From Octopus sinensis (lineage: Eukaryota): 64,000 nt of DNA. The stretch lies in assembly GCF_006345805.1 (NCBI RefSeq), contig NC_043002.1, forward strand, positions 86,924,001 through 86,988,000, given 5' to 3'. The notes below the pieces were generated by a model. The model was not told where the DNA came from. It saw only the letters and a program-made list of their open reading frames with translations, and made no database searches. Position 1 is the first letter of the stretch. Each line of letters begins with the position of its first letter. Made by a program: the position numbers and the translations under genes. Positions 1 through 12,789 of this stretch are shown piece by piece.

Positions 1-1092
1 CTCTAACTCCCCACTTCTCTGATTACTCCCCCACCCTTTCACACTCTCTCCAGCATCACGCTTATGTTATTTTGATATTGGAGAGAGAATGTCAGAGTAT
101 TTGTTGAGAAATGTAGACACACAAACAGGTTAATCAGCTGTTTATCACAAAATTGCTAGCAATCTTGATCAACAAACTAGTTCTTTTTTTAATTCCTTAC
201 TGATCAACTGATGTATTTGACATACATTACCTCACATGGCACTATAATACTTAAAAAAAAAAAAACCCAACATCCTCACGTGTGCACACACAATATAAAT
301 AGCCATAAAATCTTGTAATAAAAGATTAACCATGAGATTAACTGTTTAGAAGTGATAGAGCACCTTATTAGCAATGATGACCTTTGGATAGACATATACA
401 TAAAAATTCTGCATCCAGCAGCATCACCATCATCATCAATGTTGTAGGAGGTTAATAATAACATAATCTTTTTTAAATCACAAACAGTGCTTATCTATGG
501 TTTCTGGTGTAGGAAATGGACACGAGATGAATCTGGTGAAGTTTCTTCTCTGAAAGGAATTGAACCGCAGTTCTGCAAGTCAATAAAAAACTCATATAAT
601 ATCATATTGTTAATGCTGCTTACAGCAATGGCCATCTCAAAGAAGGAAAGGCACACTAAATAATGATGTTGTTAAAGATATATATATATATATCAATGAC
701 AAATATATATATACATATCAATGACAACTGAATGACAAAGGAACAGGAATTACATAATCAACTTCATTGTTTTACAGCTGTTTTTGCAATAAGAAGCAAT
801 GTACTCAGAGCTGAGTGCTTGTGTATCATCTTATAGCTTCCTCAGAGCCTTTAAATATATATGATTTATTTAATGACAGTTTGATTTGGTTCCTTACAAC
901 TTACGTTTTCTAGGCTTATCCATTGAATCTAAGTCATCAGGTCCAGAGCTAGGTGTTATGAGTTAGGTTTGATGTACAAGCCTACAAAACTTAAAGCTGC
1001 ATGGAGTTAAATCAAACTGTTATTCAATAAAAAATCATATAACTCCTACCAAGTGTGTTGAATGTCATTTTCTTTTACTTTTCCACTCACCC

Positions 1093-1135
<43 letters not shown>

Positions 1136-1190
1136 GTAGTAGTAACAGAAAAGAGGAATTTCGATTATCCCCATGTGGTGAGTTGTAATG

Positions 1191-1797
1191 TATATAAGAA
1201 ATTAAAAAAGGAAAATATGCACACTTACATAGTTTTAATATAATTTTTAATATATCGACCGGTTTCGCTATCGCTATTCATGATATTATGTTTTACTTAT
1301 TTGAATATATATTTTTTCTTAAGAAGAAATTTTGTCCATGTTGTGTGTGATGAAATTCACGAGTGAATGACTTCACAAGTAGATAAATAAAGGGAGGTAA
1401 TTGGTTGTCATTATTATTGTTAACATCACACACAACATGGACAAAATTTCTTCTTAACCCTTTCAATACCAACCTGGCTGAAACCGCCTCTGGTTCTGTA
1501 GTACAAACATCTTGTTTTCAAAAGTTCTGAATTAAAATCTTCCACCAACCTTTGGCACAATTTATGTTCCTAACACTAGCTGAATGCTAATTAAGTTATT
1601 TTACTAAATTATTTGTTATATTTAAAGTAATTGAAAGAAATACAGAGCATCTCAAAATAAATACAGTAACGAAAGGGTTAAGAAAAAATATATATTCAAG
1701 TAAGTAAAACATAATATCATGAATAGTGATAGCGAAACCGGTCGATATATTAAAACTATGTAAGTGAGTGTATTTTTCTTTTTTAATTTCTTATATA
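1191..1797. mobile_element. Foldback/MITE with ~160-bp inverted arms, right arm interrupted by a piggyBac-like MITE
   Basis: Left arm 1191-1352 (...cgaccggtttcgctatcgctattcatgatattatg...tgtccatgttgtgtgtgatg) is the reverse complement of 1424-1457 plus 1682-1797. Confidence 0.9.
1458..1677. mobile_element. piggyBac-like MITE family A (220 bp)
   Basis: TTAA at 1454-1457 and 1678-1681; termini CCCTTTC...GAAAGGG; reverse-oriented sister copy at 37603-37823. Confidence 0.9.
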
Positions 1798-1802
1798 TAT
1801 AT

Positions 1803-2205
1803 GTAGTAATAATAATGATAATCCATGGATGGAATTTATAAATATTTTAATGTATCACTATGCATGTTACCACAAATTACATGTTTCTTAAGATCATAAT
1901 CTATATTCCTGGGGTGATTACAGTACAGTCCATAGTATCCAAGTAGATCATGTTCATGCAGACATTTCTTCAAGCAATATGGCATTAACAGATGTTAATG
2001 CCCCTTCCCCTCAGTTAATCATCCATTAATGCCATATCACCCAAAGAAATGAACACATGAACATGATCTACCTAATGTCCACTGTAATCATCCCAGGAAT
2101 ATGGATTATGATCTTAAGAAATATGTGACTTGTGGAAACATACATAGCAATGCATTGAAATATTCATAAATTCCCTCAATGGATTATCATTTTTATTATT
2201 ACTAT
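1803..2205. mobile_element. Long foldback element (~190-bp imperfect inverted arms)
   Basis: For example tttcttaagatcataatctatattcctggggtgattacagt pairs with actgtaatcatcccaggaatatggattatgatcttaagaaa; central loop near 1999-2014. Confidence 0.85.
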
Positions 2206-2956
2206 ACTTATTCTACATTACAGTGCTACAGCTTGGTGTGACCCAAAGCAACAGGTATTGTCAGTTGACATCATTAGGTTGTAGCTGGTGTAATAAAGTC
2301 AGAGCGTTTATATGCATATTCTAAACGTTTCCCATAAATGGACTTAAAGGATATGTGTGTGTGTGTGTGTGTGTGTGTGCGCACACACAAACATGGTAAA
2401 TAAATAGGATAGTCATGGCTGAAATGCATTTGATCTGCTCAATGAAGGCTGACCCTGCGCTTAAATAATAATGGCCACTACTAGAAGTACTTAAAACTGA
2501 TGAGGAGGCCTCAACATAGTCAACTGACTTCCTATAAATAACAGCCAAATCTCCCACAAATTACACCCTGCTACATTAATTAACGAAGAAGCACATTAGA
2601 TAGTATTATCTGATGGCAGATGTACCCCTTTGTACTACTGACTTGTAACTCTTTTAGTACAAATGATACAGTAGCTCAAACTTTTGGTACTACTACTGAT
2701 ATAGCAGTATAATTTTTTTGCTGTTAAAACTATTTATCATGTAGTTATACTAGGTGTACTTTTTGGTAGTAGCCAATACAAAAATGAGTATTACTTACCA
2801 TCATCATCAACATCATCATCATCATCATCCTTACCTACCATCAACACTGGTTATCATCAATTCCTTCTCCTCCTCCTCCTACTCATCATCATCAACATCA
2901 TCAAAAATATATTCAAAATATACCCTACTGTCAATCTAATTTTATTTATTTGTTAC

Positions 2957-3030
2957 CTTTCAGTCACCCATGGCAACAGTCTTTTATGTAGGACCACAGA
3001 GGAATATAACATTTCATATTGCTTACAGAT
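2957..3030 (-). CDS. Candidate internal exon of an unidentified gene (ICKQYEMLYSSVVLHKRLLPWVTE)
   Basis: Minus-strand acceptor ttttctttag and donor AAG|gtaaca; only one frame is open; no recognisable homology. Confidence 0.3.
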
Positions 3031-3943
3031 CTAAAGAAAACGTCTAGACTTACAACCTAATAAGATTTACAGTAAACCTTAATGAAGTATACCATTAATT
3101 TGGCACTACAAACAGCAAAAATAAAAAAGCAACAAAAAAAACATGAACCAATGAGTAAGCCACTACTAGGTCACTTGAAAATGCTAGAAATAGCAAACAA
3201 ATCTGCCTCAAATTGCACATTACACTCTTGAAAATGGGGAAGAATATACTGGATACTGCAGTCCTAAATAACTCTAAAAAGACACAATGGTTCTGGCTGG
3301 AACACCTTTGATAACAGGTCTGCTCAATCAGAGCTGGCCCAGGTTAAACAACTACAACACCAAAGTAAATAACCTAACAAAAATATGTTGTTGAAATTAA
3401 TATGTGACACAATAAAAGTGCCTTCTTAACACTAATTCTGGGTAATTTTTTTTTTTTTTTACTCATCCAAGTCAAACAATACCATGTTTTCAATGACCAA
3501 TTGAAGCAACTAAATGGTTTAACTGACGTTCAGATGTAGAATTTCTGAAAAATTCTCAGCTGTTTTGATAATTGAACTGTATGGAACTGATTAAAAAAAA
3601 ATTTTAACTTGAAAATATATAAAACAGAAGAACAAAGTGCATGAATTTGCAAAACAGTTTTCTTCCAATGACAAGCAAATTAAGAATAGATACTTGGAAA
3701 TGCAGTAGTGCATGGTATGAAAGAACAAAAATTTGGACAATTACTATTGCTTTTTTGGTGTTTTTTTTTTTATATATAGTATAACTGACATTGAAACAAT
3801 ACAGCTTACAGAGCTACACATATAATCGACGATAGATTACTGAGGTTTGGTATGGATTGTTAAACATTACAGTAGTGGATACACATGCTATTAAAGACAG
3901 CTATACAAAAAGACATCAGTCTATCTTCTAAATGTGTAGGAAG

Positions 3944-4444
3944 TCAACAGTGAGCATCAAGTGAACATCGAGGAATAGTTATAGCTGAAAATTTATCTTC
4001 ATTATAAATTAAAATAGAGACAAATGATAGGAAGTAGATGCTACTACACAGACGGGGTTTGGATGATAAGACAATATTCTGAAAGTCTGGTGCACTAACA
4101 TTGGCCTTTATGTGGTTGAACCTACCTATAGTTGATCGAATCTCAGGATAGCAGGTAGTACCATGTCTACTAAGGGACTCTCTCATGCAGTTCCTCCGAG
4201 CGATTGTCCCATCTGTCTTTACAGGGTAATGCCAGTTAAATGTGTGGTTATTGCCATTATTGCTGCTTGTGGTTGGGGGTAAAGACTTTGAGATCGATGA
4301 TGGAATGGCCGACTGACCAGTTGTATAGTTTGAAGAATGATTAAAGTTCTGATGATTGAAAGACCCAAGTGGTAATTGAGGTTTTGCATATCGGAAAGAC
4401 GATTGTAAAAGAGTATATGTAGCACAAGAATTATAAGAAGACAT
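3944..4444 (-). mobile_element. 166-codon ORF, probably a decayed CR1/Jockey-type LINE endonuclease C-terminal region
   Basis: LGSFNHQ ... HYPVKTDG ... STIGRFNHIKANVSAP...KPRLC follows the order of LINE APE motifs (GDFNxH, xPTR, LGxSDHxxIxVS.P) with catalytic residues eroded; alignment by eye. Confidence 0.45.
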
Positions 4445-5378
4445 TTTAATTCAAGAGACGGTGACTCTAAAAGAATCAGGATTTTGTTTGAGTTTTTACT
4501 TCTTTTTTTTTCTGTTGGTTCAGTCTGAATTTGAATCAAGACTTGAAAAATAATCAGTGAAAAATCAGTCCTATGGAATTAAAAGATGGTAGGGCAACTG
4601 GGGAAAATCTGGATGTTTTCAGTTTTTTTTTTCTTGTTTGATGTTTCATTTAATTTGTTCCAAATTTTAATTTCAAATTATTTCCATTTGTATGCATGAT
4701 AAATGTTAGATGAATCTTCCCCTTTTTTTTCAGTCAAAATTTGGAAATATGTTGAAATTTACATCTTTTTCATTTTTTTTTTTTAAATTAAGCATTTATT
4801 AAAGGCAACAGGAAAATGCCAAGGGAGATAATTCGTGAGTTTGTAGTTACTCCACCTAGTGACAGAGAGTAATATGGAAACGTTCATAAGGAGTTGTTGA
4901 AGATTCAGAGAAGATAGAGAAAATAATTTGTCGACAGACCATCATAATGGCAGTGTAGTAGTTAATGAGATGCTATAGTCTCCGGCTTTATTTAGGCAAG
5001 TGAGACGCAACCTGTCAAGAGAAGACAAGCGAAAAGTCACATCAAAACATGCAAAAATGGGGAGGAAAAAAGAGGATAAGCAACAGAGAGAGAAAGAGAG
5101 AGGGAGACAATCAGAGTAGTTAAAATATTATCAGTAAGATGAGAACGGTAAGAAGTTCTTTAAAAATAGGTTACGAAATGAGAGTAAATTTTAAAATACG
5201 ACGATAGATCTTTAATAATGAAATGTATAATGTAGAAAAGACTATACAAAAATCTCGTTTAAGATTGGTGGATACAAATTGCCTTTTAGATTATATGAAT
5301 GGTTAGAGCATATTTCAAAGAATTTGTATTCTAGTTAAGGAATAAAGCATTTTTTCTTTTAATTTTTATTTCCTGCAG

Positions 5379-5443
5379 CAAAAGAGATGACTTTTTGGAT
5401 GTGTCCATGTTCAGGAGGCTAGCAGATTTCTCACAGCTTCCAG
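5379..5443 (+). CDS. Candidate internal exon (KRDDFLDVSMFRRLADFSQLP)
   Basis: Very strong acceptor tttttcttttaatttttatttcctgcag and donor CAG|gtaaat; 65 nt; one open frame (phase 2 to 1). Confidence 0.45.
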
Positions 5444-8400
5444 GTAAATTAAATTTTCCTAAACAATTCAATGCCTATCGATTTAGGTTACTTAAAAATT
5501 ATGGAAGCCCAATATCAAGCACTATTTCCAGACACCTCATACAATTAAAACAAGATAATTGGGCATGTACATGTTAACATCATGTATAGGTGGGTTTTGT
5601 TTTTTTTTTGTTTTCTCATATCAAGCACAGCAGAGAAAGAAGTAAGATTTTACATGCAGACCAGAACCAAAATCAATTTCAGACTGATACCACTTTTCTT
5701 TCCTAACATTATTAATGACTTTTGAAAAGTTTAATATATAAATATGAGTTTCACGTTTGTGTAAGAGATAACTTTAAATAATTCTAATTTTGACAGAAAA
5801 CCAGTGATTTTGAGAATAGGGGGAAAGTCAATTACATTGCCCCCTCAATGTTCAAATAGTACCTATTTTATTGACCATGAAAGTTTGAAAAGGAAAGTAG
5901 ACCTTGGTGACATATGAACTCAAATGTAAAGAGTCTAGAAGAGAAGCCAAACATTTTCTCTGGTGCTGTAACAATTCTGCCAGTTCACTGTTAAAAACTG
6001 TTTGATCTTAATATCAAAGACTTCCTCAAATATTTTATGAAATGATTTTTCTAACATAAACAACTATCAAAACACAGGAACAATTCTTAGTTGTGTAGCT
6101 GGGAAGCCAAAGAATAATTCATTCATTTCACTACATTACATTGATAATTGATATAACAATCAAAGCGTTTCCCAATTTATGAAATTATCTGAGTTTTATC
6201 CAACCAGTATTTAATACTTTGAGCAATAATAATTTCTGTTTAATGAAGAACTTAAAAAATCCCAAAGAAAATATTAAAAATATTTAGCCAAATGATTTAA
6301 TCTATATAAGTGAAGAAATTAAAAATAAAGAATAAATCACATCTCTGTAGAATAGTATATAACAATGATATAATTCTTGTAATATTACCCTAACTACTAC
6401 ATGAAGGCAGTTGTTAGAGCAGAGGGCTCATAACTAAGACCATGAGTTCAATTCCTAGAGTAGGTAGTAACTGTGTTTTTGAGCAAGGCACTCCATTTTA
6501 CATTATTCCAGCCTAGGGTACCAGCCCTTTCTCTCTCCACTGTCATATCCTAAACGTTCTACTGGTAGTGAGAGGGCTGAGAGGATGTCTATGCCAGATG
6601 ACAGTTATAGAGTCACCTAAAACAATTAGTGAAAGCATCATATTATAAGTTATTAGGTCATACTCGTTTATGAGTGACAGCTATGGGTTCATTTTTGTCT
6701 TCTTTTTTTGCTGTAACAATTATTGTGTCAGTTTGTGTATATAAAACCACAGATCAGTCATTACTGAGTAGTCATAAGGCATTCTAGCGATAACTATTCC
6801 ACACACACACACACAACACACACACACACGCAATGATGAGCTTCCTCATAGCTTCCATCTACTAAATACACTCACAAGGCATTGGTCAATCAGGGCCTAT
6901 AGTAGAAGACACACGCCCAGGGTACACTGCAGTGGGACTGAGCCTGACGAAATGTACTTGCAAAGCAGGATTCTTAACCATACAGCCTTGCCTCTGCCTA
7001 TATTTATGCCTCTCAATAAATTATAAATTTCAGCTCACTTGTTCCATTTCAATGTTTTTCATACACATTTTTCTACATCAATCTATACACATTAAATAGG
7101 CCTGTACATTCAAACATTTAAATCCTTAAAAATGTTTCAGCCCGAAGGCTGCATCCATACTGGGGCACCACCGTTGAATGAGCTACACTAGTATGTGAAT
7201 CCACCTCTGATACGTGGCACTTGGTCGACAAGGGAGTTCGATGCCGCTGCCCGCATCTGTCTCCTGTCAAGATGTAGGTTAATCTGGGACCCCCGACAAG
7301 AAGAGATCCAGTTTAGTTTTAAAGAAACTGTATATCTTATTGGTAAAAATTATTTACAACTAGATGTAAATGTAGGCTTAAGCAATGAGAATAATGATCA
7401 GGCTTAAGCAATGAAAATAATGAGATGGCTATTTCAGACACACTAAAATTACAGTGATAGGGATCAAAATCCAACTTCAGCTTTAAAATATGAATATTAA
7501 TAGATATATATTCTTCCTTTTCATCACTTGCTAATAGTGAATTCTAGGAAGGAGAAAAATGGATTTTGTTTGAAGAAAAGAATAAAATTGAGTGATTTTT
7601 GTACTGTTTTACATTTTCCATTTCCCCACTATGGACTGAATAAACTTTTCTGCATTGGTAATTCTAACAGCTATACTATAATAATGAGATTGGCAACAGC
7701 TTTCCAACTAATGAAGTTGATTGTGGTGGTGGATCTATGTCATTTGACAAAGATACAATTGTTCAATCAGCTGAACTCCAGGCTCTGTGTTATTAGTGGC
7801 TGAGTATTCAATGGATGTGTATACCCCTCTCTCTCTCTTTGGGAGAGGCACAAGCACCTACACGCACATATACATACGCGGCAGTAACTTCTGCCTACCG
7901 AATTCAATCACAAAGCTTCAGTCAGCTTGGGGCTATAGCAGAATACACCTGCTCAAAGTGCCACGCAGTGGGACTGAACCTGAAACCACATAGCTAGAAA
8001 GCAAGCTCCCTAACCACACAGCCATGCCCACTCACAGGTTGAATTGAAGTGGCAGAGTGTGACAAAGTATACAGGTACAATTCATACAATGGGCTTCTAT
8101 GCAGTTTCTGTGTATCCAATTTTACTTACAGAACAGATCAAACTGAAACTATTGAAAAGGCGTTATTAAGATGTCTAGTAGTGAGATCAAATTATTTAGC
8201 CATACTGTGCCTACAAAGTTAATTTATAGAATAAAAACAGTAAAATCTCTTTATAGAGGTGATTTACAGTTTAATATTTCTGGTATTAACATATTTAGTA
8301 GAAATGAATTGACGTAAGTACCAGGGTAAGATCATTAGCATATCCTTACAAAGAAGACAACGGAATGCAACAAGCAGCAGGGAAATGTGTTGGAGAAAGA

Positions 8401-8839
8401 CCCATACAACTTATGCAAACATGGGAAAACAGACACAAAAATGATGATGGTGGTTTTCATTGATATAATTTTGAAATAGTATTGAGTCCAAAGAAACTGG
8501 TGTCGGTTTGTGTCAGGGAATATTAATCAATATAAAGTCAAAGTTTAGTTGTTATACAGATTTTAGAATATGGATATTTCCTGGATTTTAATCTGCATCT
8601 GAGAGAGAGGAAGTTAGGACTAAAACTTAAATTAAGGGATCGATTTGGTGGTGGGCTGAAGCTAGCCAAGTAAAAGAAGTGGTGTGAGAGGGTGAGAAAC
8701 CAAAGATGCCAGGTGAATGAAAGAGAAGGGCGAAACATTGGACATACAAGTAGATGTGTACATCCTTTAAACAATTGCAAAGTGACACAATGAATACTAA
8801 ACCCTTTCTGCAAATGTTAGATTGTTATATCTGTTCAAG

Positions 8840-8902
8840 AAGGACATTGCTATGCTGATGAGGTCAAAATGAAGGCAAAACCTGTGTCCATGGTTGTCCC
8901 TT
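8840..8902 (+). ncRNA. Degenerate minimal type-I hammerhead ribozyme-like fold
   Basis: Helix I ggaca/tgtcc plus ctatg/catgg; CTGATGA core 8855-8861; G8862-C8876 closes stem II; AAAA in place of GAAA; C-ctgt-G-TC cleavage triplet GTC 8886-8888. Confidence 0.55.
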
Positions 8903-9589
8903 GCCAGTAAAAATAAGATCAGATTGTCCTTTTTGTTCCTGTGTAAGTTAACACAACCATGGAATTATTTTTAATTTCCTGAAATTATCTCCCCTCCCCA
9001 GTGTTGGTAATAATTGCTACTAGTTTTTTGTTTTCCTTGTATCACACTTGTACTTCTCAGTAAAAAGTCTGGTAAATGAACAGAGATGTGAGGCAGTGAG
9101 ATTCCATTAGTCACGACTATAATGGGACTCTCCTCTCTAGTACTGGTCTAGTCACAAAAAAATGAATCTACTACACTTTGTAACGTGTGGGGTTGTGAGA
9201 ACCCTCAAGTCTTTGTTAAAGAACATGACACTACTCTGGTACTTTTACATTCTGTAGAGTGGCTGGTATTAGGTAGAGGATCCATCTAAAGAAATCAAAG
9301 TGAAAATGAAATGCGAGCAAAATGAGGTCACACGACCTGTCCTACCCATGTAGGACATGTAGGACAATGGACAGTGGATGTCAAATCATAATGATGCACT
9401 CACAGACACACACATGTACATGTGTGGATGACTCTCAGTCAGTTTCAGTGATGGAAAGTTCATCTAATTTGATCAACTCAATCATTTGCTCATTGAATTA
9501 GCATGTAAGTAGCTGAGCATTCCACATACATTTATGCTATCCTAAGATTGCTACACACACATATATATATATGTGTGTGTGTGTGTGTA

Positions 9590-9970
9590 TGCAGCCATCT
9601 ACCTAACAACCTACATACCTAATTACCTATGTACCTACATGTATAAATAGACAGGTGTATAAGTACATAAGTTCATGTGTACTTATGTCTGTATGTAGAT
9701 ATCTGTCCATCTAGCTATATATCTATACAGCCAGCTATCTATATAGCCAACTATGTAGCCATATATCTGTTTACAAAGCCTGCTATCAAATAACTAGCTA
9801 TATAAATATGTAGTACACCATTTATCCATATAACCAGCTACCCAATTATATCTCTACGTATAATGCTATGTGTAGCATGCAATCTATGTAACCAGTTATC
9901 TATTCATGCACCTAGGTATTTATCTATGATTGTGCTAATTAGCCAGCCATCTATATAGGTATCCATCTAT
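9590..9970. repeat. Ancient degenerate tetranucleotide (ATCT/ACCT/AGCT-like) simple-repeat tract
   Basis: Recurring tacc/tatc/tagc 4-mers over ~380 bp. Confidence 0.6.
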
Positions 9971-10518
9971 TGCTTTATGTAACTAGCTGCAACTCTTTAA
10001 AAATTAAACAGAATTTTAAAATATGCTTTGTATACCTGTAGCTGCCATCTATAAATTTTATCAAATCATTATTGATAAAGCTAAATTTTTATTTGCAATT
10101 TAAATAAGAAAAAATAAAACTCATAGCACTAATACAAAAACAAGAATGAAAAAAGAGGGAGACTACAGAAATAAAGCAAAATGGAAGGTTACAAATTACC
10201 AAAAAAAGAAAAAAGAATTAAATAAACCAAAGATTTTTCCATTTTAACATGACTTGTTGCAAAGAGGACCACACAAAAAAAAGCATTAATAGGCAACATT
10301 TGAACAAATAAAACAGAAATAGACAGTAATTGCAGAAAAAGATACTGACTGAATTAATAAAATCATGCAACACAATAAGTTGATATAAAGCAGTCCTAAA
10401 TATAGTAATCGTTTGTCAATAAATCTATTTAATAATCTAAAGATTCATCTAAAAACAGAGAAAACAAAGGAACTGAAGTATATACAAAAAAGCAGTGAAG
10501 ACAATCCATCTCTTAACC

Positions 10519-10715
10519 CTTTAGCATTCAGGCTACTCTGTCAAATGTAATACTTATTTATTCACAATGTTTTTGAGTTAATCATGTATTATCTTGTAGT
10601 TTTGAAATTTCAATGATGCAATAAATTATTTTTAGAATGACATTGTAAGGTAGATGTGAGAAGCTGGATTTGGCCAGTTTTAGCAGAAAACAAAATATTT
10701 GGGCCAGATGGCTTC
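10519..10715 (+). mobile_element. piggyBac-like MITE family B, right end lost
   Basis: ttaa-CCCTTTAGCATTCAG start; body similar to the complete copy at 46743-46961. Confidence 0.7.
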
Positions 10716-11907
10716 ATAAATTTTTCCTGAGTTTTCACTTTAGTAATAATAAGCTTTTGGTTTCAACAACCAAGAATAAATAAAGGTGGAATTGCTGTTA
10801 TATACACACTATAGTAAATCTATCTTTACTCACCAAACACACGAATAAGTGAATTGGCAGAGTCATTAGAATGTCAGATAGAGTTCCTTGCAGTATTTGC
10901 TCCTGTTCTCTGTGTTCAAATCTTACAGAAGTCAACATTATCTTTAAACCGTTTAAAGTGATTGATAAATAAAGAACCAGATCATTACAGGGATTGAACC
11001 CTGTCACTCTCTCTTTCTTTGCAGAAGACAGTAGTTGTGGCCAGATGTAGAGTGAGTTGGACTCCATATGATTTAGATAAACATTTAGATAAACATTTAG
11101 ATAAACTCAATATGTCATGATGACAAGCTTATGATAGTAAAGGACCCAAGGAAAGATAAACAGATGAATATAGGAACTTCAGTTACCTACATATTAACTT
11201 GAAGTTCATAGGGATCTGAGAATAAATAAATTAATTAATTAAATGAAATTTTTAAAAACTGAGTAATCTAACTTAAAAAGTGTTGTTGAGGAAAGATGTT
11301 AGGAAACTAAAAATAACATTGATTCTAGCTTTAATGTTTTGCCAGTAAATGAATTTCATTGTTTCTTGAACTAAAAAGAAACTGTAAAGTATTTATGAGT
11401 AGAGAAAATATTTTCGTTAATCTGTAACCAGCCAAGCTACAAGTCACCACATGTTGATTATCAGTTGGAAAATATAGAATGCCAATAACTTAGTGGTACT
11501 AATATGTTGTTAATATAAATATGTCGTGTGATACCATTAATACCTAGATGACATAGTGAGCTTTAGGTGAGGGGTAGCGTTGATTTTATGACAGATTTAG
11601 TGAACAATAGTGTTATTGATTATAGATTTCTAATAGACCAATCACTGGGTCAAAGCATTTCAGATAATGACGAGGGAGTGTCCATAAATTGGAGCAGAGT
11701 ACATTGTTCTCATGAAGGATTTCATTCAAAGAGAACTTGCTCTTCATCACTGTTTACATTCTTCAGACATAATTCAATAAAAGTTATAAATACACACATA
11801 CATGTTGGCACAATGTGGCTGAATAATCAAGAAGTTGTACTTTACAACCATTAGGTCCAAAGTTCAATTCCATTGCAAAGTACCCTGGGCAAATGTCATA
11901 TTCTATA

Positions 11908-12219
11908 AGTGGAGGCACATGGCCTAGTGGTTAGTGCAGCGGACTCACGGTCGAGGGATCGCGGGTTCGAATCTCAGACCGGACGATGTGTGTATTTATG
12001 AGCGAAACACCTAAGCTCCATGCGGCTCCAGCAGAAGGTAATGGCGAACTTCTGCTGACTCTTTCGCCACAACTTTCTCTCACTCTTTCCTCCTGCATCT
12101 TGCAGCTCACCTGCGACGGACCGGCGTCCCATCCAGGTGGGGAACCTATACGCCAAGAAACCGGGAAACCGGCCCTTATGAGCCAGGCATGGCTCGAGAA
12201 GGAGCAAAACAAACAAAAA
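11908..12219 (+). mobile_element. tRNA-derived SINE family 2, full length, nested in an older family-1 SINE
   Basis: A box TGGCCTAGTGG, B box GGTTCGAATC, (CAAA)n tail; 11-bp TSD catattctata at 11897-11907 and 12220-12230; host SINE halves at ~11813-11896 and 12231-12295. Confidence 0.92.
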
Positions 12220-12789
12220 CATATTCTATAGCCTCAGATTGGCCCATACCTTGTAAGTGACATTGGGTAGCTGGAAACTGTAGAGAAGCCCACAAAGTAG
12301 ATTGTATCTGTAATTCACAAAAGCACAACCTTGTTACACACTATGTCATGCTGATTCCATCTGATAATTATGCATATGGATAGGACAGGTTCTCATAATT
12401 ATGTACATGTGTGGGGAATAATCAACCACTTACATGTTAATTAAGGAACTGGTAATTCAGTTGTTCATCATTCAGTATATTCACACCCCTAGCCTCATCT
12501 CTTACCATCCCACACTCTTTCTATACACTCTTGCAACCTCTATCCAGCCACCATTCTTCACCTCCTACCTCCAGCACCCACCTTGATGCCTCATTATCAC
12601 TATTTTATCTCTCTTTCCAGCTTCACACCGATTACTCTAACACCTACTCTTGTACAATGTGAACAGTGTTTCATCTCTTTTACAGAAAGAAACCTGTTTT
12701 GGCCCCTTCCTTCATAGTTTAACCTTTCATCATGTAGCATAAAGCTCCATACCCCACTCAGTTAACAAGGATCTCAGTCTTGCAGGATA

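Noticed and set aside
276-580. Terminal exon or membrane-protein ORF on the minus strand
   Set aside because: An acceptor exists near 580, but all frames stop within ~30 codons and the 62-aa ORF includes a decayed (GAT)n; no homology was recognised.
8577-8668. Plus-strand exon EYGYFLDFNLHLRERKLG...
   Set aside because: The phases fit neighbouring candidates, but the region looks like decayed retroelement sequence and the peptide is unconvincing.
11911-11985. tRNA gene
   Set aside because: A and B boxes are present, but the sequence continues into a SINE body with tail and TSD and recurs at 45470 and 50669; I could not fold a full cloverleaf.
11931-12231. ORFs at 11931/11974/11986, 45491/45534, 18948/19049, 39559-39925, 28442, 44774-45295 and 49169-49481
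   Set aside because: They are incidental frames through SINE or RTE-UTR copies; the same pseudo-peptides recur with each copy.
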